64,000 bases of DNA from Flavobacteriales bacterium (GTDB lineage Bacteria > Bacteroidota > Bacteroidia > Flavobacteriales > UBA7312): positions 169,366 through 233,365 of the forward strand of contig JBMHCD010000009.1 in assembly GCA_049890095.1 (NCBI GenBank), read 5' to 3'. This document shows, piece after piece, positions 60,474-64,000 of this stretch. The stretch's first letter is position 1. The number at the start of each line of letters is the position of its first letter. The position numbers and the translations under genes were made by a program. The notes under the pieces are model-generated. The model was not told the origin of the DNA. It worked only from the letters and a program-made list of their open reading frames with translations, and made no database searches.

Positions 60474-61043
60474 CTATTGCTTAAGCTCTATAACCGCTTG
60501 TTCTAATGTGTTAAACCAGTCAACACCATAGAGCCTAATAAGGGGTTCTTTCAAAAATTTATATACTGGTACTTCCAGTTTTGAACCACAATCGCATGCA
60601 GGCTCACAAATTTTTATTGACTCATAATTTACCGCTTCAAAAGTTGGATATGATTGGATTCGTATTGGAAATAAATGACATGAAATGGGTTTTTTGTAAT
60701 TTATTTCTCCCAACTTATATGCTTTTTCAATCGAACATTTTGCAGTGCCATCATCATCGAAAATAACAAATGCACATTCCCTATCATTAACCAAAGGAGT
60801 GGTATAATCTCCATCACTATCAACAACAAAAAGTCCTTGTTTATCAATAGCGTTTATTCCTTCTTGATTCATAAAAGGTTTTACTTTATCAAAAATTTGA
60901 GATAAAATATCTACCTCTTCTAGCTGAAGTGGAGCCCCCGAATCTCCCTCTACACAACAGGCTCCTTTGCAAGCGTTTAGGTCACAAACAAATTGCTTTT
61001 CAATTACATCAAGCGATATTATTTTATCGTCAATTTGTATCAT
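60474..61043 (-). CDS. DUF3109-like cysteine-rich protein
   Basis: MIQIDDKIISLDVIEKQFVCDLNACKGACCVEGDSGAPL plus further Cys clusters (CAF, CHLFP, CEPACDCG). ATG 61043 preferred. Confidence 0.65.
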   Translation of the reverse strand: MIQIDDKIISLDVIEKQFVCDLNACKGACCVEGDSGAPLQLEEVDILSQIFDKVKPFMNQEGINAIDKQGLFVVDSDGDYTTPLVNDRECAFVIFDDDGTAKCSIEKAYKLGEINYKKPISCHLFPIRIQSYPTFEAVNYESIKICEPACDCGSKLEVPVYKFLKEPLIRLYGVDWFNTLEQAVIELKQ

Positions 61044-61047
61044 AGTA

Positions 61048-61055
61048 CAAAAGTA
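61048..61055 (-). promoter_or_regulatory. -7 box TAnnTTTG (DUF3109 gene), start-proximal
   Basis: TACTTTTG (rc), 4 nt before ATG 61043. Confidence 0.45.
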
Positions 61056-61090
61056 ATGAAGATAGACCAATTATATGAATGGATAATTTT

Positions 61091-61098
61091 TATTTTTG
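61091..61098 (+). promoter_or_regulatory. -7 box TAnnTTTG (glyQS), start-proximal
   Basis: TATTTTTG, 4 nt before ATG 61103. Confidence 0.45.
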
Positions 61099-61102
61099 TG
61101 CC

Positions 61103-62632
61103 ATGGCGAATTATGAAGATGTATTTAAAAAAATTATAGCCCACTCCAAAGAGTATGGCTTTGTGTTCCAATCCTCCGAATTATATGATGGCTTAGCAGC
61201 GGCATACGATTATGGTCCTTTTGGTGTTGAGCTGAAGAATAATATCAAAAACTTTTGGTGGAAATCAATGGTTAATATGAATGATAATATTGTGGGGCTT
61301 GATTCTGCAATTTTTATGCACCCAACTACTTGGAAAGCCTCTGGTCATGTAGATGCATTTAATGATCCGTTAATTGACAACAAAGATTCTAAAAAAAGAT
61401 ATCGTGCAGATGTTCTTATAGAAGATCATGTCGCAAAAATTGAATCAAAAATTGAAAAAGAATGTAAAAAAGCAAACAAAAGATTTGGTGATAGTTTCGA
61501 TAGAGAGCAATTCGTAAATACTAACCCAAGAGTTGTAGGCTACATTGAGAAATCAAAAGATATTCTGAATCGTTTTTCTAAATGCATGAACCATTCCGAT
61601 CTGGATGGAGTGAAAGCTTTAATTGAAGAATTGGGAATTGTTTGTCCTGTTTCTGGAACAAAAAACTGGACAGAAGTACGCCAATTTAATCTGATGTTTA
61701 AAACTCAAATGGGTGCAACCGCAGATGGTGCAACAGATTTATTTTTAAGACCCGAGACTGCACAGGGGATTTTTGTAAACTTTTTGAATGTTCAAAAAAC
61801 TGCTAGAATGAAAATTCCTTTTGGAATTGCTCAAATAGGAAAAGCGTTTAGAAACGAAATTGTTGCTCGACAATTTATATTTAGAATGAGAGAATTCGAA
61901 CAAATGGAAATGCAATTTTTTGTTCGACCAGGGAAAGAAATGGAATGGTACGAACATTGGAAAGAATCCAGAATGAATTGGCATCTTAGTTTAGGAATGG
62001 GCTCCGAAAATTATCGCTTTCATGATCACGAGAATTTAGCTCATTATGCGAATGCCGCATGCGATATAGAATTCAAGTTTCCTTTTGGTTTTAAAGAGTT
62101 AGAAGGAATTCATTCTAGAACTGATTTTGATTTGAAAAGCCATCAAGAATTTTCTGGAAGAAAAGTACAGTATTTTGATCCTGAAATAAATGAAAACTAT
62201 GTTCCATATGTAGTCGAAACTTCTATTGGCTTAGACAGAATGTTTTTAACTATACTAAGCAATTCCTTTAAAGAAGAAGAAGTAAACGGCGAAAGTAGAG
62301 TTGTGCTTTCTATACCAGCGATGTTAGCTCCTGTAAAAGCAGCTATTTTACCTCTTACCAAAAAAGACGGATTACCAGAAAAAGCTAAAGAAATTTTAAA
62401 CTCTCTTAAAATGGAATACAATTGCCAGTATGAAGAAAAAGATTCTATTGGTAAAAGATATAGAAGACAAGATGCAATAGGAACTCCATTTTGTGTTACG
62501 GTAGATCATCAAAGCTTAGAAGATAATAGCGTAACACTACGAGACAGAGACAGTATGGAACAAAAAAGAGTCAATATTTCAGATTTAAAAACACTTATCA
62601 GCGAAAAAGTAGATTATAAAAACTACTTATAA
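61103..62632 (+). CDS. glyQS: glycine--tRNA ligase (alpha2 type)
   Basis: FVFQSSELYDGLAAAYDYGPFG...LRPETAQGIFVNF...FRNEI...FEQMEMQFF...ETSIGLDR. ATG 61103 preferred. Confidence 0.95.
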   Translation: MANYEDVFKKIIAHSKEYGFVFQSSELYDGLAAAYDYGPFGVELKNNIKNFWWKSMVNMNDNIVGLDSAIFMHPTTWKASGHVDAFNDPLIDNKDSKKRYRADVLIEDHVAKIESKIEKECKKANKRFGDSFDREQFVNTNPRVVGYIEKSKDILNRFSKCMNHSDLDGVKALIEELGIVCPVSGTKNWTEVRQFNLMFKTQMGATADGATDLFLRPETAQGIFVNFLNVQKTARMKIPFGIAQIGKAFRNEIVARQFIFRMREFEQMEMQFFVRPGKEMEWYEHWKESRMNWHLSLGMGSENYRFHDHENLAHYANAACDIEFKFPFGFKELEGIHSRTDFDLKSHQEFSGRKVQYFDPEINENYVPYVVETSIGLDRMFLTILSNSFKEEEVNGESRVVLSIPAMLAPVKAAILPLTKKDGLPEKAKEILNSLKMEYNCQYEEKDSIGKRYRRQDAIGTPFCVTVDHQSLEDNSVTLRDRDSMEQKRVNISDLKTLISEKVDYKNYL

Positions 62633-62645
62633 TCAGACAAGTTTT

Positions 62646-63209
62646 TTACTTGCCATTGAAGTTACTCATTGTTTGAGCCAAACCAATAGTGCCAAAAGAT
62701 AAGCACATATTTTTAGCATGCTCCAATCTTTCTTGAAGTAAAGATTCTTCTTCTGAATTCCAATTACTCAAAACATAATCCGCTTGTCTCCCTCTTGCAA
62801 AGTTATTTCCTACTCCAAATTTTAATCGAGCGTACTTATTATGCCCCAAAACAGCATTTATGTCTTTTAAACCATTATGACCTCCATCGCTTCCTTTACC
62901 TCTTAATCGCAAAGATCCAAAAGGTAATGCTATATCATCTGTTACGACAAGTAAATTTGAAACTGGGATTTTTAGCTGTTGCAACCAATAATTAACTGCC
63001 TTACCGCTAAGATTCATAAAGGTAGTAGGCTTAATTAAATAGAACGACCTTCCTTTATGTTTAAGAAGAGAAGTTTTTACATGACGATCGTCTGTAAAAG
63101 AAGTATTGGACAGCTCAACAAGAGTGTCCAATACTTTAAATCCTATATTGTGCCTTGTATTTTCATACTCAACACCAGGGTTCCCTAATCCTACAATTAG
63201 AAATTTCAT
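62646..63209 (-). CDS. pth: aminoacyl-tRNA hydrolase
   Basis: MKFLIVGLGNPG..Y..TRHNIGF...GGHNGLKD. Confidence 0.95.
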   Translation of the reverse strand: MKFLIVGLGNPGVEYENTRHNIGFKVLDTLVELSNTSFTDDRHVKTSLLKHKGRSFYLIKPTTFMNLSGKAVNYWLQQLKIPVSNLLVVTDDIALPFGSLRLRGKGSDGGHNGLKDINAVLGHNKYARLKFGVGNNFARGRQADYVLSNWNSEEESLLQERLEHAKNMCLSFGTIGLAQTMSNFNGK

Positions 63210-63220
63210 GAAAAAAAGAT

Positions 63221-63835
63221 TTATTCAGCAGCAGGAGCTTCTGTACTTTCTCCAGCTGTTTCTTCTTCTTCATCATCTTCTTCATCAAGAACAGCACCTC
63301 TAGCCATTTTAACACCAACAACTACAGCATTGTCTGGTGCTAAGAAAGTATATTTATCATTTCTGATATCGCCAATAAAAATAGTCTTGCCTATCTTTAA
63401 ATTTTCAATATTTACTTCAATAGCATCTGGCAAATTTGCTGGAATTGCTCTTGTTTTAATGCTTCTTCTTCTAATTACTAGATTACCTCCATTTTTAACC
63501 CCAATAGCGCTTCCTATAAAGGAAACTGGAATGTTCATCGTTACTTCCTTATCATCAAATACTTGTAAGAAGTCTACGTGAATAATTCGGTCAGTAACAG
63601 GATGAAATTGAATGTCTTGTAAAACTGCTTTGTAAGTTGTGCCATCCACGTCAACTTCAACGATATAAACTTCAGGAGTGTTTACAAGCTTGTTAAGATC
63701 ATTCTCTTTTACAGAGAAGTACAATTGCTTTTCTCCCCCGTAAAGCACGCATGGAACCTTACCCTGATTTCTTAATGCTCTGTTAGCAATTTTGCTAGTG
63801 TCTCTTGCTTCAGAACTTAATGCAAATGTTTTCAT
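63221..63835 (-). CDS. rplY: 50S ribosomal protein L25 / general stress protein Ctc
   Basis: LRNQGKVPCVLYGG...HPVTDRIIHVDF, with an acidic C-terminal tail. Confidence 0.9.
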   Translation of the reverse strand: MKTFALSSEARDTSKIANRALRNQGKVPCVLYGGEKQLYFSVKENDLNKLVNTPEVYIVEVDVDGTTYKAVLQDIQFHPVTDRIIHVDFLQVFDDKEVTMNIPVSFIGSAIGVKNGGNLVIRRRSIKTRAIPANLPDAIEVNIENLKIGKTIFIGDIRNDKYTFLAPDNAVVVGVKMARGAVLDEEDDEEEETAGESTEAPAAE

Positions 63836-63859
63836 TTAAATATAAATAATGGTTAATAA

Positions 63860-64000
63860 TTAACTTATAAAATTAGAGCTTATCGATTTATTAGTATAAA
63901 CTCTATTGATGGTATCTGCAAATAATTGTGCAATACCTATTACTTTTACTTTCTCACTAGGATGATCCTTATATAAAGTATCTGTTATTAGCAGCTCGGA
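63860..64000 (-). CDS. prs: ribose-phosphate pyrophosphokinase (only the last 46 codons; 5' part outside the window)
   Basis: My translation of the minus strand gives SELLITDTLYKDHPSEKVKVIGIAQLFADTINRVYTNKSISSNFIS*, matching the Prs C-terminus. The prs-rplY-pth order is conserved. Confidence 0.75.
   Translation of the reverse strand, partial: SELLITDTLYKDHPSEKVKVIGIAQLFADTINRVYTNKSISSNFIS

Overview
AT-rich chromosomal segment with the hallmarks of a Bacteroidota (Flavobacteriia-like) genome: exact TAnnTTTG -7 promoter boxes in front of many genes, no obvious Shine-Dalgarno use, T9SS components, and Bacteroidota-typical DUF genes. The window is densely packed with about 60 genes. Most are housekeeping: translation and RNA modification (leuS, glyQS, pth, rplY, rbfA, truB, queA, rlmN, rsmI, dusB, rluF-like, rnpA, tRNA-Ser), replication and repair (dnaG, recJ, dprA, nrdAB, tdk), the isoprenoid MEP pathway (ispG, ispD, polyprenyl synthase, uppP), and envelope or LPS functions (kdsB, GT9 heptosyltransferase, MsbA-like ABC, LolE-like, alr, M23 and S41 peptidases, exbB-exbD-exbD). 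I found no CRISPR array, transposase, integrase, phage genes or recognisable defence system. Five things do not look routine. (1) A translationally coupled triad at 22.9-29.4 kb encodes a type-B-CTD T9SS cargo, a PorP/SprF-like protein and a PorE/OmpA-like protein; the cargo is an uncharacterised 1227-aa beta-propeller/PKD surface protein. (2) In ten cases the -7 box ends only 4-7 nt before the start codon, implying leaderless or near-leaderless mRNAs. One of these sites is a 17-bp perfect palindrome made of two back-to-back boxes. (3) An SDR oxidoreductase next to tRNA-Ser is split by a frameshift in an A7 run, followed by an orphan 309-bp gap. (4) A small c-type cytochrome lipoprotein, a DUF4271 membrane protein and hemD form an operon. 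(5) A roughly 290-357 nt untranslated region lies upstream of nrdB-nrdA. Product calls rest on motifs I recognise in the supplied translations; no database search was run.
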